From assembly GCA_963695545.1 (NCBI GenBank), contig OY968796.1, positions 3,168,001 through 3,232,000 of the forward strand: a DNA stretch of 64,000 nucleotides. Reading direction: 5' to 3'. The notes below the pieces were generated by a model. The model was not told the DNA's origin. It did no database searches and saw only the letters and a program-made list of their open reading frames with translations. The stretch is from Terriglobia bacterium. GTDB taxonomy: Bacteria > Acidobacteriota > Terriglobia > Acidiferrales > UBA7541. Positions 18,694-29,091 of the stretch are shown one piece after another (the stretch's first letter is position 1; each line of letters begins with the position of its first letter). The position numbers were made by a program, and so were the translations under genes.

Positions 18694-20646
18694 CTACATT
18701 TTTTCGGGAGCTTCGATTCCAAGAATATCGAGCGCGGCGACCAGCTTCCGTTCGACCAGCGCCGCCGTATCCAGCAGAAATCGTTTTTTCGCGGAGTCTG
18801 CTTCCGAGAGAATATGGTGTTTGTGATAGAAAAGATTGAAAGCCTGCGCGAGCTGAAAACTGTATTTCGCGATGAACGCCGGCTCCTGCGCCCCCAGCGC
18901 CGCTTCGATCTGCGTTTCGAGCGAATCCGCCAGCAATACTAATTCCCACACGTCATCCTCGAGATGTTTCGTCGCGTCCCCGCGCGCGTCGGCAGTCGGC
19001 GCGTAGGCAGAAGCGTCCGGGTTCTGTTCCTCAAGCTTGCGGAAAATATTGCGGATACGCACCACCGCGTATTGGCAGTACGGCCCAGTCTCGCCCTCGA
19101 AGCTCAACGCGTCCTTGAAGTCGAACGCAATGATCGTCGAGCGCGTGAAGCGCAACAGAAAATAACGCAGCGCTCCGATGGCGACCGCGCTCGCGATTGC
19201 CGCGCGCTCGGCTTCGGGGGAATCGCCGTGGCGCGAATCGACCTCGGCGCGCGCCGCCGCTTCCAGTCGATCGAGCAAATCGTCGGCCTTCACGCCCATT
19301 CCTTTGCGTCCGCTCACCTCGACGTACGGCCGCTTCTGATCGTCATCAGAAAGCACGTAGCCCATTTCCGCCGCGCAGCGCGGCGTGAGCGCCACGATCT
19401 CGTAAGAGAAATGCGTCGAGCGATCCGCCTCGGAATCAAAACCCAGCGCGCGCAGCCCCGCCACAACCACGCGCTGCAAATATGCCTGCCGCGCGTCAAT
19501 CACGTTGTAAACCTGCGCGGCGTGGCCGAACGCCGGGTGTGCCGCCGCACCGCTCTCGGAAGTTGTCATCCAAAGCGAGCGCCCATCCGCATACCTCTCG
19601 AACGGCTGATAGTGAAAATCGCGCCCCAACAGTCCGAATTTCCAAAGCTGGTAGGCGATGTCTTTGCCCACATAGGTCACGGTTCCGTCTGAGCGCACAA
19701 TGATTTTCGCGTCGTCGTCCGAGCCCGTCGCGCCCGGCTCGTCCATGCGCATCACCCAGCATCCCGCGTTCTTTCCGCTCTCTGCCTTGTGAATTGCTTT
19801 TTTCTCCTTCAGTTGCTCGAACGCCGCGTCCCAGAATTTCAAGTGCAGGATTTCGCTTTCGCGCGGCAGCAGATCGTATTCGATTCCGAGACGCAACATC
19901 GTCTTTAGATGTGCGCGCAGAACAGCGGTTGATACGATCTCGGCCATTTTTGCCGATGGGCCGTGACCTTCTTCGATCGCCTTGAGCGCCTCGCCGCGCA
20001 GCGCCAATCGAGATTTATCTTCCTCGAAGAATTGCGTCACGCGCGCATACAAATCCCAGCAAAGATAATCGAAGCGCGGCAATTCCGTGAGCCGCCGCAC
20101 ATCATCTGCCGATTTGTGCTCAAGCCGCTCGAAGCCCACCACCACGTCGGCAACCTGCACGCCGGTGTTGTCGATGTAGTTTTGCACTTCGACGCGACGC
20201 CCCGCGCGCCGCAACAGCCGCACGAAAGTGTCGCCCAGCGCGGCATTGCGGAGATGTCCAATGTGTGCGGCCTTATTCGGATTGATATTCGTATGCTCGA
20301 CGATGGATTTCGGTGCGTCGTCGGACGCAACCGGCGCCGCCGCGGAATCAGCCAGCGTCCCAGCGAAAAACCCGCCGCGGTCGAAGAAAAAGTTCAGGTA
20401 GCCCGCGCCCGCAACTTCGACTCGCGACACGCCTTCGATTTGCCCGATCGCGCCGGCGATTTCCTGCGCTATCTGTCGGGGGGCGCGCTTCAGGCGTTTG
20501 GCAAGCTCGAACGCCAGCGGCGAGGCGAGCTCTCCCATCGCGACTTTCGGCGGCCGCTCTGTGACCGGCGCGGCGTCAACGCCGTATTTTTGCTTTACGA
20601 TATCGCGCAGCGCAGCGCGCACACGCGCTTCGAGGATGAGATACAC
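18694..20646 (-). CDS. argS: Arginine--tRNA ligase
   Basis: VEHTNINPNKAAHIGHLRNA, VSGRKG, SFEGETGPYCQYA, APEKM C-terminus. Confidence 0.96.
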   Translation of the reverse strand: MYLILEARVRAALRDIVKQKYGVDAAPVTERPPKVAMGELASPLAFELAKRLKRAPRQIAQEIAGAIGQIEGVSRVEVAGAGYLNFFFDRGGFFAGTLADSAAAPVASDDAPKSIVEHTNINPNKAAHIGHLRNAALGDTFVRLLRRAGRRVEVQNYIDNTGVQVADVVVGFERLEHKSADDVRRLTELPRFDYLCWDLYARVTQFFEEDKSRLALRGEALKAIEEGHGPSAKMAEIVSTAVLRAHLKTMLRLGIEYDLLPRESEILHLKFWDAAFEQLKEKKAIHKAESGKNAGCWVMRMDEPGATGSDDDAKIIVRSDGTVTYVGKDIAYQLWKFGLLGRDFHYQPFERYADGRSLWMTTSESGAAAHPAFGHAAQVYNVIDARQAYLQRVVVAGLRALGFDSEADRSTHFSYEIVALTPRCAAEMGYVLSDDDQKRPYVEVSGRKGMGVKADDLLDRLEAAARAEVDSRHGDSPEAERAAIASAVAIGALRYFLLRFTRSTIIAFDFKDALSFEGETGPYCQYAVVRIRNIFRKLEEQNPDASAYAPTADARGDATKHLEDDVWELVLLADSLETQIEAALGAQEPAFIAKYSFQLAQAFNLFYHKHHILSEADSAKKRFLLDTAALVERKLVAALDILGIEAPEKM

Positions 20647-20676
20647 AAGTCTCCGGTCGGGAAAAAGAGAATTTCG

Positions 20677-20770
20677 ATTATAGGTAACGCGCTCCGTCCA
20701 GTCAAAGCGCGCGCATGTCGCGCCGGATTCTGGTGCGCGATTTGACAGCGCTCCACGCGCCGCTTAGTAT
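20677..20770. promoter_or_regulatory. Divergent sigma70 promoters for argS and metG
   Basis: Minus strand TTGACT-17-TATAAT (20705-20677); plus strand TTGACA-17-TAGTAT (20742-20770). Confidence 0.65.
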
Positions 20771-20845
20771 CGTTTGTTTAGAATCACGCGCTTAGGTTCT
20801 CTGTGCGCGCGTCCCGCCGCGGCGGGCGCGGTTTCCTCTCAACCC

Positions 20846-22888
20846 ATGAGCCCGAATCCGGCCACGCCGAAATTTTACATCACGACGCCGATCTACTACG
20901 TGAACGCGCGGCCGCATCTGGGCCACAGCTACACGACGATCGTGGCGGACACCATCGCGCGTTACAAACGTATGCAGGGCTACGACGTCGTGCTGCTCAG
21001 CGGCACGGACGAGCATGGACAAAAAGTCGAGCGGTCCGCGCGCGCCGCGGGCGTTGAGCCGCAGCAATTTGTCGATACGATTTCCGCCGAGTACCGCGAA
21101 TTGTGGCAGCAGCTCGGCCTCGGAATCGATCGCTTCGTGCGCACCACGGAACTCCGCCACGCGCACGCCGTGCAACTGCTTTTCCGCCGAATTCAGGCCA
21201 ACGGCTGGATTTACAAAGGGCACTACGAAGGAAATTACTGCGTCTACGACGAGATGTACGTGGAAGATCCCACGCCCGGAGTTCCGTGCCCCGAGTGTGG
21301 CCGCCCGACCGAGCGCATTCGCGAAGAGAATTATTTTTTCAAGTTGAAGGATTTTCAGCAGCGCCTCCTCGCGCATTACGCGGCGCATCCGGATTTCATT
21401 CAGCCCGAAACGCGGCGCAACGAAGTGCTTTCTTTCGTGCAAGGCGGATTGCGCGACCTTTCGATCAGCCGCACCACTCTCAAGTGGGGAATCCCGTGGC
21501 CGGGCGATGAAAAGCACGTGTACTACGTTTGGTCCGATGCGCTCACGAGCTACCTGACGGGAATCGGCTTCGCCGACAATCCCACCGAATTTGCGCGTTT
21601 GTGGCCCGCCGATTTGCACCTGATCGGCAAAGAAATTCTGCGATTCCACGCCGTTTTCTGGCCGGCTTTTCTGATGGCTGCGGGCGAGCCGCTGCCAAAG
21701 CAGTTGTTCGCGCACGGCTGGTGGCTGTTCGACCAGGAAAAAATGTCGAAGTCGCGCGGCAACGTGCGCAGGCCGCAGCCGATCGTCGCCGTGCTGGGCG
21801 TCGACGCGCTGCGATATTTTCTGCTGCGCGAAATGGTTTTCGGCCAGGACGGCAATTTCAGTTACGACGCGCTGATCACGCGCTACAACGCCGATCTCGC
21901 CAACGGTCTCGGCAATCTCGCCAGCCGAGTTTTGACGATGATCGAGCGCAATCTCGGCGGCAAAGTGCCATGGTTCGATCAAGGAACTATTTTGACCGGC
22001 CAGTCCGGAACGGCCGAAGGTTTCGACGACGAGAATTTGGCGGAAATCGCCAAGCTCTATGAGAGCTATAAGTTTTCGCAAGCGCTCGAAAAGATCTGGG
22101 GCTTGATCGCCGCGTGGGACAAATATTTGGCCGCGGAAAAGCCGTGGACCTACGCCGAAGATCCGAGCCAGCGCGAACGATTGGAGCGTACTCTCTCCAC
22201 GGCAGCTGAGGCGCTGCGGATAATTTCGATTCTCGCGCATCCCGTGCTGCCGAACGCGACGCAGAAAATCTGGCAGCAACTCGGAAGGCGCGAGCGCCTT
22301 GAAGACCAACGCATCGATCAAGTGAAATGGGGAACAGCGCCGGGAGAAACACGCATCGGCAAGCTCGAATCGATTTTTCCGCGCGTAGACCGAGCGCAGG
22401 CCATCGAAAGGATGGAAGCTATGGAACAGGATCCGCAACACAAACCCGCCGCCGCTGCCGCGAGCGGTGAAGGCACTTCTGCAACTGCGCCCGCCGCGGC
22501 GGGAACTCCCGCGCCGGCCGGCGCGCCAAGCACTTCGCCCGCGGCGACCACCGCGCCGGCGAAGATCGGCATCGAAGATTTTGCCAAGGTCGAGCTTCGC
22601 GTGGGCCAGATCAAAAGTGCCGAGCGTGTGCCGAAGGCCGATAAGCTGCTCATGCTGATGGTGGACATCGGCGATGAAGTGCGCCAGATCGTCGCCGGCA
22701 TCGCGACAGCGTACGAGCCGGAGAAATTGATCGGCCGCAAGGTGATCGTGGTCGTCAATTTGCAGCCGCGAAAATTGCGCGGCGTGGAATCGAACGGCAT
22801 GATCGTCGCCGCGTCCGCCGGACCGGACGGCGCTCCGGTGCTAGCTGGATTCCTCGAAGATGTTCCCGTTGGCGCGCGATTGAAATAG
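20846..22888 (+). CDS. metG: Methionine--tRNA ligase with C-terminal tRNA-binding domain
   Basis: YITTPIYYVNARPHLGH, GTDEHGQK, KMSKS, IEDFAKVELRVG. Confidence 0.96.
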   Translation: MSPNPATPKFYITTPIYYVNARPHLGHSYTTIVADTIARYKRMQGYDVVLLSGTDEHGQKVERSARAAGVEPQQFVDTISAEYRELWQQLGLGIDRFVRTTELRHAHAVQLLFRRIQANGWIYKGHYEGNYCVYDEMYVEDPTPGVPCPECGRPTERIREENYFFKLKDFQQRLLAHYAAHPDFIQPETRRNEVLSFVQGGLRDLSISRTTLKWGIPWPGDEKHVYYVWSDALTSYLTGIGFADNPTEFARLWPADLHLIGKEILRFHAVFWPAFLMAAGEPLPKQLFAHGWWLFDQEKMSKSRGNVRRPQPIVAVLGVDALRYFLLREMVFGQDGNFSYDALITRYNADLANGLGNLASRVLTMIERNLGGKVPWFDQGTILTGQSGTAEGFDDENLAEIAKLYESYKFSQALEKIWGLIAAWDKYLAAEKPWTYAEDPSQRERLERTLSTAAEALRIISILAHPVLPNATQKIWQQLGRRERLEDQRIDQVKWGTAPGETRIGKLESIFPRVDRAQAIERMEAMEQDPQHKPAAAAASGEGTSATAPAAAGTPAPAGAPSTSPAATTAPAKIGIEDFAKVELRVGQIKSAERVPKADKLLMLMVDIGDEVRQIVAGIATAYEPEKLIGRKVIVVVNLQPRKLRGVESNGMIVAASAGPDGAPVLAGFLEDVPVGARLK

Positions 22889-22924
22889 CGTCGTTCGCTG
22901 CCGAGCTGTGCTGCAGGACGCACT

Positions 22925-23782
22925 GTGGAATCGCCGCAAGAGACAAAAATCGAGTTGATCGATTCGCACGCGCATCTCGACGCCTCGGAATATGACGTCG
23001 ATCGCGCCGCCATGCTCGAACGCGCGCGGGCGGCCGGCGTCTCCACCATTTTGACGGTCGGCATCGGCGAGACGCTCGATCAAATTCGCGGCGCGATCGC
23101 GCTCGCCGAGCAGCATGATTGGATTTTCGCTGCCGCGGGATTTCATCCGCACGATGCGGCGCACGCGGACCAAACGAAACTTGCGGCTTTGGCCGAATTG
23201 GTGCGCTCCCCGCGCGTGCTGGCGTGGGGAGAAATTGGCCTCGATTATCATTACGATCATCCTCCGCGCGACGTTCAAGCGCGCGTCTTCGCGCGACAAC
23301 TTGAACTCGCCCGCGCGGCGAAACTGCCGGTGATCATCCATTGCCGCGAGGCCTGGCAGGATTGTCTGGATATTCTCGATCGCGATTGGCGCTCGTCGGG
23401 CCTGGGCGGAATTCTGCATTGTTTCTCCGGAACCCTCGCGGACGCGCGGCGCGGAATCGAAATGGGTTTTCTGATCTCGTTCGCCGGCAACGTGACGTTT
23501 CCGAAGTCGCAGGCGCTGCGCGACGCCGCGCGCGAACTGCCGCTCGCCTCGCTGCTGATCGAAACCGATTCGCCGTATCTTGCGCCGCCGCCGCACCGCG
23601 GCCGGCGCAACGAGCCGGCCTTCGTGGCCGAAGTAGCGCGAACCTTGGCAACTGTGAGAGACTTGCCCGTGTCCGAAGTTGCCGCCGCCACGGCGGACAA
23701 TTTCAGGCGCCTGTTTGAGTTCATCGGGGATTCCATCGGCCGGGCGCCGCGGGCTGAGCGGAGAGAGCCATCGCAATTCTGA
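22925..23782 (+). CDS. tatD: TatD family hydrolase/DNase
   Basis: DSHAHL, GEIGLDY, IHCREA, LHCFSG, ETDSPYL. Confidence 0.92.
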   Translation: MESPQETKIELIDSHAHLDASEYDVDRAAMLERARAAGVSTILTVGIGETLDQIRGAIALAEQHDWIFAAAGFHPHDAAHADQTKLAALAELVRSPRVLAWGEIGLDYHYDHPPRDVQARVFARQLELARAAKLPVIIHCREAWQDCLDILDRDWRSSGLGGILHCFSGTLADARRGIEMGFLISFAGNVTFPKSQALRDAARELPLASLLIETDSPYLAPPPHRGRRNEPAFVAEVARTLATVRDLPVSEVAAATADNFRRLFEFIGDSIGRAPRAERREPSQF

Positions 23783-24753
23783 CTGCCAAAGAGATTTTCG
23801 ATTTGGTGCGCGACGACCTCGGGCGCGTTGAGGCGGAGCTTGCGATTCAGAACGCTTCCGCGATCGAGCCAGTTTCGGAAATTACGAGTTACCTGATGGG
23901 CGGCGGCGGGAAGCGGCTGCGGCCGGCTCTGTTGCTGCTGACCGCGGGCTACGCCGGCTACAACGGACCGAGCGCGATCAAGCTCGGCGCGGTTGTGGAG
24001 CTGATTCATTCCGCTACTTTGATTCACGACGACGTGATCGACGGCGCAGACACGCGGCGCGGACGTCCTTCGGCGAATTCGCGATGGGGCAATCATCGCA
24101 GCGTGCTGGCGGGCGATTGGTTGTACATGCAATCGTTCCAGATGGCGCTGGGCGAGCGCAATTTCAAGGTGCTCGACATTCTGATCGAGCTGACGCAGAA
24201 CATGGTGGAAGGCGAGCTGCTGCAACTTTCCAAACTCGGGCGCATGGATTTGGGGCCGGACGATGCGCTGGAACTCGCGGCGCGCAAAACCGCTTGCTTG
24301 TTCAGTGGCTGCGCGAGACTTGGCGCGGTGCTGGGACAATTGGACGACGACGGCGAACAGGCGCTGGCTGAATATGGACGCTGCGCGGGCCTGGCGTTTC
24401 AGATGGTTGACGATCTTCTGGATTTCACGGCGTCGCCGGAGCGCTTGGGCAAGCCGGTGCTGAGCGATTTGAAAGAAGGCAAGGTTACGCTGCCGCTGAT
24501 TTTTGCGATGGACAATGGACATTCCGAAGGGCGCCGCCTGGTGGCGAAGGTTCTCGAAGAGGGCGGATTTACGAGCGTGCGTCCGGAAGAAATCACGGCG
24601 CTGGTGCGCGATTCCGGAGCGCTCGATCGCGCGCGGCAATTGGCCGGAGATTACGCGGCGCGCGCCAAGGCTTGCTTGAACGGCAGCGCACGCGGAGATT
24701 TCGGGCGCGCATTGCTCGCAGTGCCGGATTTTATTCTCGACCGCGACAACTAA
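23770..24753 (+). CDS. Polyprenyl diphosphate synthase (start ATC 23770 inferred; TTG 23803 alternative)
   Basis: GGKRLRP, HDDVIDGADTRRG, KTA, FQMVDDLLD, EGKVTLP. Confidence 0.9.
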   Translation: MAILTAKEIFDLVRDDLGRVEAELAIQNASAIEPVSEITSYLMGGGGKRLRPALLLLTAGYAGYNGPSAIKLGAVVELIHSATLIHDDVIDGADTRRGRPSANSRWGNHRSVLAGDWLYMQSFQMALGERNFKVLDILIELTQNMVEGELLQLSKLGRMDLGPDDALELAARKTACLFSGCARLGAVLGQLDDDGEQALAEYGRCAGLAFQMVDDLLDFTASPERLGKPVLSDLKEGKVTLPLIFAMDNGHSEGRRLVAKVLEEGGFTSVRPEEITALVRDSGALDRARQLAGDYAARAKACLNGSARGDFGRALLAVPDFILDRDN

Positions 24754-24795
24754 GCGGGACCGCGCGGTTGCGCGCACGCCGCCGATTTGACTTCG

Positions 24796-25725
24796 ATGCT
24801 TCCGTTTCGCGTGGTCTACCACAACGATTACGATTTGAATTTGGGCGCGCACGTTTTCCCATCGCAGAAATTCCGATTGATTCGCGATGCGTTGCTGGCC
24901 GACGGCGTGGCGGGCGCGGAAGATTTTCTGATTCCCGAGCCGGCTCGCGACGCCGACGTCTTGCGCGTGCACACCGAAGCCTGGGTGAGCAAACTGCGCG
25001 ACGACAAATTGACGCTTACCGATCGCATGCGCCTTGAGATTCCGTATTCGGCCGAAACCGTGCGCGCGTTCTGGCTGGCGGCGGGCGGCTCGATTCTTGC
25101 GGGCCAGCGCGCGCTCGAAAATGGTTTCGCGTCCAACCTCACCGGAGGATTCCATCATGCCTACGCGAATCACGGCGAAGGATTCTGCATGATTCACGAT
25201 GTGGCGATCGCGATCCGGCGCTTGCAGGCGGACGGCGCGATTCAAATGGCGATGGTGGTCGATACCGACGTGCATCAGGGAAATGGAACGGCGGCGATTT
25301 TCTCGGGCGACCCGAGCGTGTTCACACTTTCGATTCATCAAGAGAATAACTATCCGGTGCCGAAGGAATTCTCCGATCTCGATATCGGTTTGGACGATCG
25401 AACCGGCGACGACGAGTATCTGCAGCGCCTGGAAAAAGGACTCGGTGCCTCGCTCGAGAAAGTTCAGCCGGACATCGCGTTTTACGTGGGCGGCGCCGAT
25501 CCTTACCGGGAAGATCAGTTGGGCGGCTTGGCGCTGACGATCGAAGGACTCGCGGCGCGCGATCGAATGGTGTTCGAGCACCTGCGGAAGCGCGGCGTGC
25601 CGATCGCGATGACACTTGCGGGCGGTTATGCGCGGCGCGTGGAAGACACGGTGCGCATTCACGTGAACGCGATTCGCGTGGCGGCGGAAATCGCGCGCGG
25701 CGAATCGCGAGCCGCACCGGCCTAA
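24796..25725 (+). CDS. Histone deacetylase family (class IV-like) zinc deacylase
   Basis: GGFHHA, GFC, DTDVHQGNG, GADPYREDQLG, GGY. Confidence 0.92.
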   Translation: MLPFRVVYHNDYDLNLGAHVFPSQKFRLIRDALLADGVAGAEDFLIPEPARDADVLRVHTEAWVSKLRDDKLTLTDRMRLEIPYSAETVRAFWLAAGGSILAGQRALENGFASNLTGGFHHAYANHGEGFCMIHDVAIAIRRLQADGAIQMAMVVDTDVHQGNGTAAIFSGDPSVFTLSIHQENNYPVPKEFSDLDIGLDDRTGDDEYLQRLEKGLGASLEKVQPDIAFYVGGADPYREDQLGGLALTIEGLAARDRMVFEHLRKRGVPIAMTLAGGYARRVEDTVRIHVNAIRVAAEIARGESRAAPA

Positions 25726-25764
25726 TTCATTCGAGAACATCATGGCGAATCTCCGTGCGCGCGA

Positions 25765-27267
25765 CTAAGGTGTTGCGGCGAGCGTTTTATCGACAGCGGT
25801 TTTTAGTTGGGAGACGGAACTATCGGGATCGAATCCATCGGCGCGATAGGCGATCTTGCCGGTGCGATCGAGAATCATGAGCGTGGGCAGATCTTTCACG
25901 GCGAGCAGATTGTCCAATCCATCCGCAAAGACCACGTTGCCGGCCATGTGCACATGTTGCAGAAACGGTTCGACGCGCGTGGCGTCTTCGTCCGTGTTGA
26001 CGGACAAAAAGACCACGTCGGTTCGGCCGGCATAATCCTGCTGCAATTTGCCGATTCGCGGATCGAGTTCGCGGCACGGCGTGCACCAGGTGGCCCAGAA
26101 CGAGAGCACAACCACTTTGCCCTTGGCGCTCTGCATCTGGAACGGCGCGGTGCCGTCGGGGCGGCTTAAAACGAACGCGAGAGGTTCCTTGATGCCGTCG
26201 TTGGGCGCGGGCGTCGCGGCGGGTTTCGCTACGGTCGCGTCTTCGTCGTAAGCCTGAAGCAGGCGCTCGCCCAAGCCGGCGTCACTGCCATGCTGGATGC
26301 GCCAGAGATTGCCGAGCTTCTTGCGCAGCACGGCGCGATCGACGGTGGCATCGTCCTGATCGGGAAGAACGAATGCCAGGGCGTATTCGCGAATGGCTTC
26401 ATCGGGATGCTGCTGGATTTCGGCGAGCTCGCCGAGGTGCATCGCGGCTGTGGGATTTGGAAGGATCTGGAATGCGGCGTCGAAATCTTTTTTGGCGTCG
26501 TCGTATTTGAGAGCGTCCATTTCCAATCGCCCGCGTAAAACGAGGACCGTGACTTCGGCTTTTTTCTTGCTGGTTTCCCAATCTTCGGGCGACTCCTGAT
26601 CCGAGCGCTGATCGGGAGTGGCTTGCTGGATTTGCGCGAGGACGCGCGAAGCGTAGTCGGTGGCGCGTTCGAGGCTTTCGGGATCGCCCTTTTGTTCAAG
26701 CATTCCGGCGGCCATGAGCATGATCTGGGCGTCGGTGGGATCGATGGAGATCAGACGCTCAGCGTAGTCGAGGGCCTTGGTGGGATCCTGGATTTGCAGT
26801 GAGGCCTCGACGAGCGCGCGGTAAATTTCAGGTTTGCGCGGCGCGTCGGGGAATTTCACGAGGTAGGCTTCGAGATTGCGAACCAAAGCGGCGCTGTCAT
26901 TATTTGCGCTCTCGACGGCTTGCTGAAGTTCGGCCTCGGGATCGGGCGGTTTGGGAGCGGTCGCGGCAGGCGGCGTTTTTTGCTGCGCGGCGGGAGTGCC
27001 TGCGCTCGTCGCGGGCTTGGCCGCAGGTTTAGCGGCTGGTTTAGCGGGCGCCTTGGCGGCGGGCTTGGCTGTCGCCGCGGGCGTTGTTGCCGGCGCGCCG
27101 GGCGCGGAGGCGGGTGCCGCAGGGGCGGTCGACGTCGCGGGCGGCGCGGTTTGAGGCGCGGGAGTCTGTGAGGACTGCCGCGCGGAGAGCGACCCGGAGG
27201 CGAACGCGAACGCGAGCAGCGAGCAGACGGCCAACAATTTCGATGTGACGCTAATTTTCATTTTCAT
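25765..27267 (-). CDS. Exported TPR + TlpA/redoxin domain protein
   Basis: Signal peptide, PAK-rich linker, TPR helices, GKVVVLSFWATWCTPC. Confidence 0.85.
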   Translation of the reverse strand: MKMKISVTSKLLAVCSLLAFAFASGSLSARQSSQTPAPQTAPPATSTAPAAPASAPGAPATTPAATAKPAAKAPAKPAAKPAAKPATSAGTPAAQQKTPPAATAPKPPDPEAELQQAVESANNDSAALVRNLEAYLVKFPDAPRKPEIYRALVEASLQIQDPTKALDYAERLISIDPTDAQIMLMAAGMLEQKGDPESLERATDYASRVLAQIQQATPDQRSDQESPEDWETSKKKAEVTVLVLRGRLEMDALKYDDAKKDFDAAFQILPNPTAAMHLGELAEIQQHPDEAIREYALAFVLPDQDDATVDRAVLRKKLGNLWRIQHGSDAGLGERLLQAYDEDATVAKPAATPAPNDGIKEPLAFVLSRPDGTAPFQMQSAKGKVVVLSFWATWCTPCRELDPRIGKLQQDYAGRTDVVFLSVNTDEDATRVEPFLQHVHMAGNVVFADGLDNLLAVKDLPTLMILDRTGKIAYRADGFDPDSSVSQLKTAVDKTLAATP

Positions 27268-27316
27268 CTCGTTTGTTTTGATTTCTTCGCCATTGTATCC
27301 CGTTCGGGTGAGGGAG

Positions 27317-28633
27317 CTACCTGAAATCCAGAAGCACGTCGGCCATGTGCGTGGAGGTGTTGGGGCGCACCCAGTGGCCGCATTCGGAATAGTGCACGGG
27401 CAGATCGCCGAAGATTTCGGGCGTGGGCTTTTGGAGTTCGGCGATGAATTGGTCGACGTAGACGGAATCGAAAATCTGGGCCGGCGAAAGATGGAACGCG
27501 GCGCGCACGCGGCTTTCGCCGTCGAGCGAAAGGCCGGTGATCACCAAGTCTCCCATGCGGTAGAGCGGACCTTCGTCGATCGCGACTTTGTAGGTGACGA
27601 CAGCGCTTGCGTCGTCGATGGCCTCCTGCGGCGTGACTTTCGCGTCCAGGCGGCCTTGACGGCCGTAGGCTTGCTCGACCTTGTCCCATCCGGCCGCGAT
27701 CTGCATTCCATCGGCGATATCGCTGGGTTTCAGGCTGATCATGGCGTTGAGCGCGGCGGCATCCATGACCGTGTTGCCGCTCCACTGCGCGCCGCCCCAG
27801 CGATAGACGGCGCCGGGATCGATAGGCAGAGTTACGGTGACTTGCGCGGGCGACGGGCCATTGGGATCGCCCTGGAATTTCACGACCGGCGCGGCGAACT
27901 GCACGCGAAGATGTCCGGTGGACAAATAGACGGGACGGACTTGCTCGAGTTCAAACAGCTCGATGGTCATGCGCGAGTAGGGCTTGCCGATGATGTCCGC
28001 CAGGCTTTGATGCACGTGCACGTCGGCTGAGGCCGCGGGATCACCGAATTGAATTGATGCGACGTTCACGCTATCGCCTTCGACGTGGAACTCGATCATT
28101 TTCCCGTCGGAGAGCGGATCCTGGATGAGATCGCGATCGACGACTGCGTGGACGCCACGGCTCGGCAGCAAGGCTTCGAGCGCGGCGGTCATTTGATCGA
28201 GGATCGTGCCGTCCTGGGGCGCAGTGCCATCGAAGAGGCCCACGGCGCTTTTTAGCGCCGCAGTGAGTTCATCGTCGGTGAACCACGGAATGTTGTCGAA
28301 TTCGACCGGGACGGTTGGCGCGTCTACCACGACAAACTCGAGGGCCACGCCGGCGGGCGACGATTTGAAGCGGTAGTTGACTTGAGAGAAAGCGCCGAGC
28401 TCGGCGAGTTTGTCAGCGGCGGCTTGCATGTCGTCGCGGCCGACTTGCTGGCCGATCGTGAGGCCGCTCACGGCGGCGATTTGATCGGAAGGATAGCGCT
28501 TTGTGCCGGTGACGGTGATGGCGGTGAGCTTCGCGGTGGCTTCGGGAGTGGATTGCTGCGCGGGCGCTTGCGGCAGGAGGGGACCAGCCATGGCCGCGGC
28601 GAGAAAAGTGACGATGATGAAGCGAAACGGCAC
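27317..28633 (-). CDS. POTRA-repeat protein lacking a beta-barrel
   Basis: Signal peptide MPFRFIIVTFLAAAMAG; repeated POTRA units (ITVTGTKRY, IDPGAVYRWG, IDEGPLYRMG). GTG 28633 lies 7 nt after TACAAT; ATG 28642/28660 are alternatives. Confidence 0.8.
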   Translation of the reverse strand: MPFRFIIVTFLAAAMAGPLLPQAPAQQSTPEATAKLTAITVTGTKRYPSDQIAAVSGLTIGQQVGRDDMQAAADKLAELGAFSQVNYRFKSSPAGVALEFVVVDAPTVPVEFDNIPWFTDDELTAALKSAVGLFDGTAPQDGTILDQMTAALEALLPSRGVHAVVDRDLIQDPLSDGKMIEFHVEGDSVNVASIQFGDPAASADVHVHQSLADIIGKPYSRMTIELFELEQVRPVYLSTGHLRVQFAAPVVKFQGDPNGPSPAQVTVTLPIDPGAVYRWGGAQWSGNTVMDAAALNAMISLKPSDIADGMQIAAGWDKVEQAYGRQGRLDAKVTPQEAIDDASAVVTYKVAIDEGPLYRMGDLVITGLSLDGESRVRAAFHLSPAQIFDSVYVDQFIAELQKPTPEIFGDLPVHYSECGHWVRPNTSTHMADVLLDFR

Positions 28634-28845
28634 GGGGCACATTGTACCCGGATATTGCATGTGCGTCTTGGGCAGGCATTCCTTGGGACAGGCTGAGCGT
28701 TGGCGTATCCCGATTATCGCAAGCGACTGAATGGAGGGGTTTTGGTGGCGAAACCTCAAGTGACGCTTCAGACGTCGGGCAGCGCGGGGTATATACACCC
28801 CGGGTATGTTTTGCGTAAGAGTGGCAAACAAAGGAGTTCCAAGAG

Positions 28846-28912
28846 AAGAGTGCGCATGAGTGTGAAAACAGGCGCGTTGAAATTGAACTGGTTCAATGAG
28901 ATGCGCACTCTT
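28846..28912. repeat. Perfect 12-bp inverted repeat with internal palindrome
   Basis: AAGAGTGCGCAT (28846-28857) ... ATGCGCACTCTT (28901-28912); TTGAACTGGTTCAA (28883-28896) inside. Confidence 0.75.
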
Positions 28913-29061
28913 TGGGAGGAGTGCGGAAACGTTTGAAATGAAATGATTTGCGGGGGCGTTTTTTGCGCACTGATGTGTTTGATGATGCGGGAAATTTGTG
29001 CGCGAGAGCGGGGCGAGGCGGGATTTTGGCGTCGAGGATGTGCGATTGCGAGTCACACGGG

Positions 29062-29091
29062 AGCATAACATGGTGAATACTAGTGTGTCAA
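29062..29091 (-). promoter_or_regulatory. Strong sigma70-like promoter in a non-coding region
   Basis: TTGACA-18 nt-TATGCT with extended -10 TG. Confidence 0.6.

Noticed and set aside
23275..25743. 822 aa minus-strand ORF and similar long antisense ORFs (e.g. 20792-22441, 2265-3509)
   Set aside because: Shadows of well-supported genes in high-GC DNA, with no recognisable motifs
28634..29071. 146-codon N-terminal extension of the POTRA ORF in the ORF track
   Set aside because: Its ATG lies inside the promoter spacer, the composition is not protein-like, and the signal peptide starts downstream
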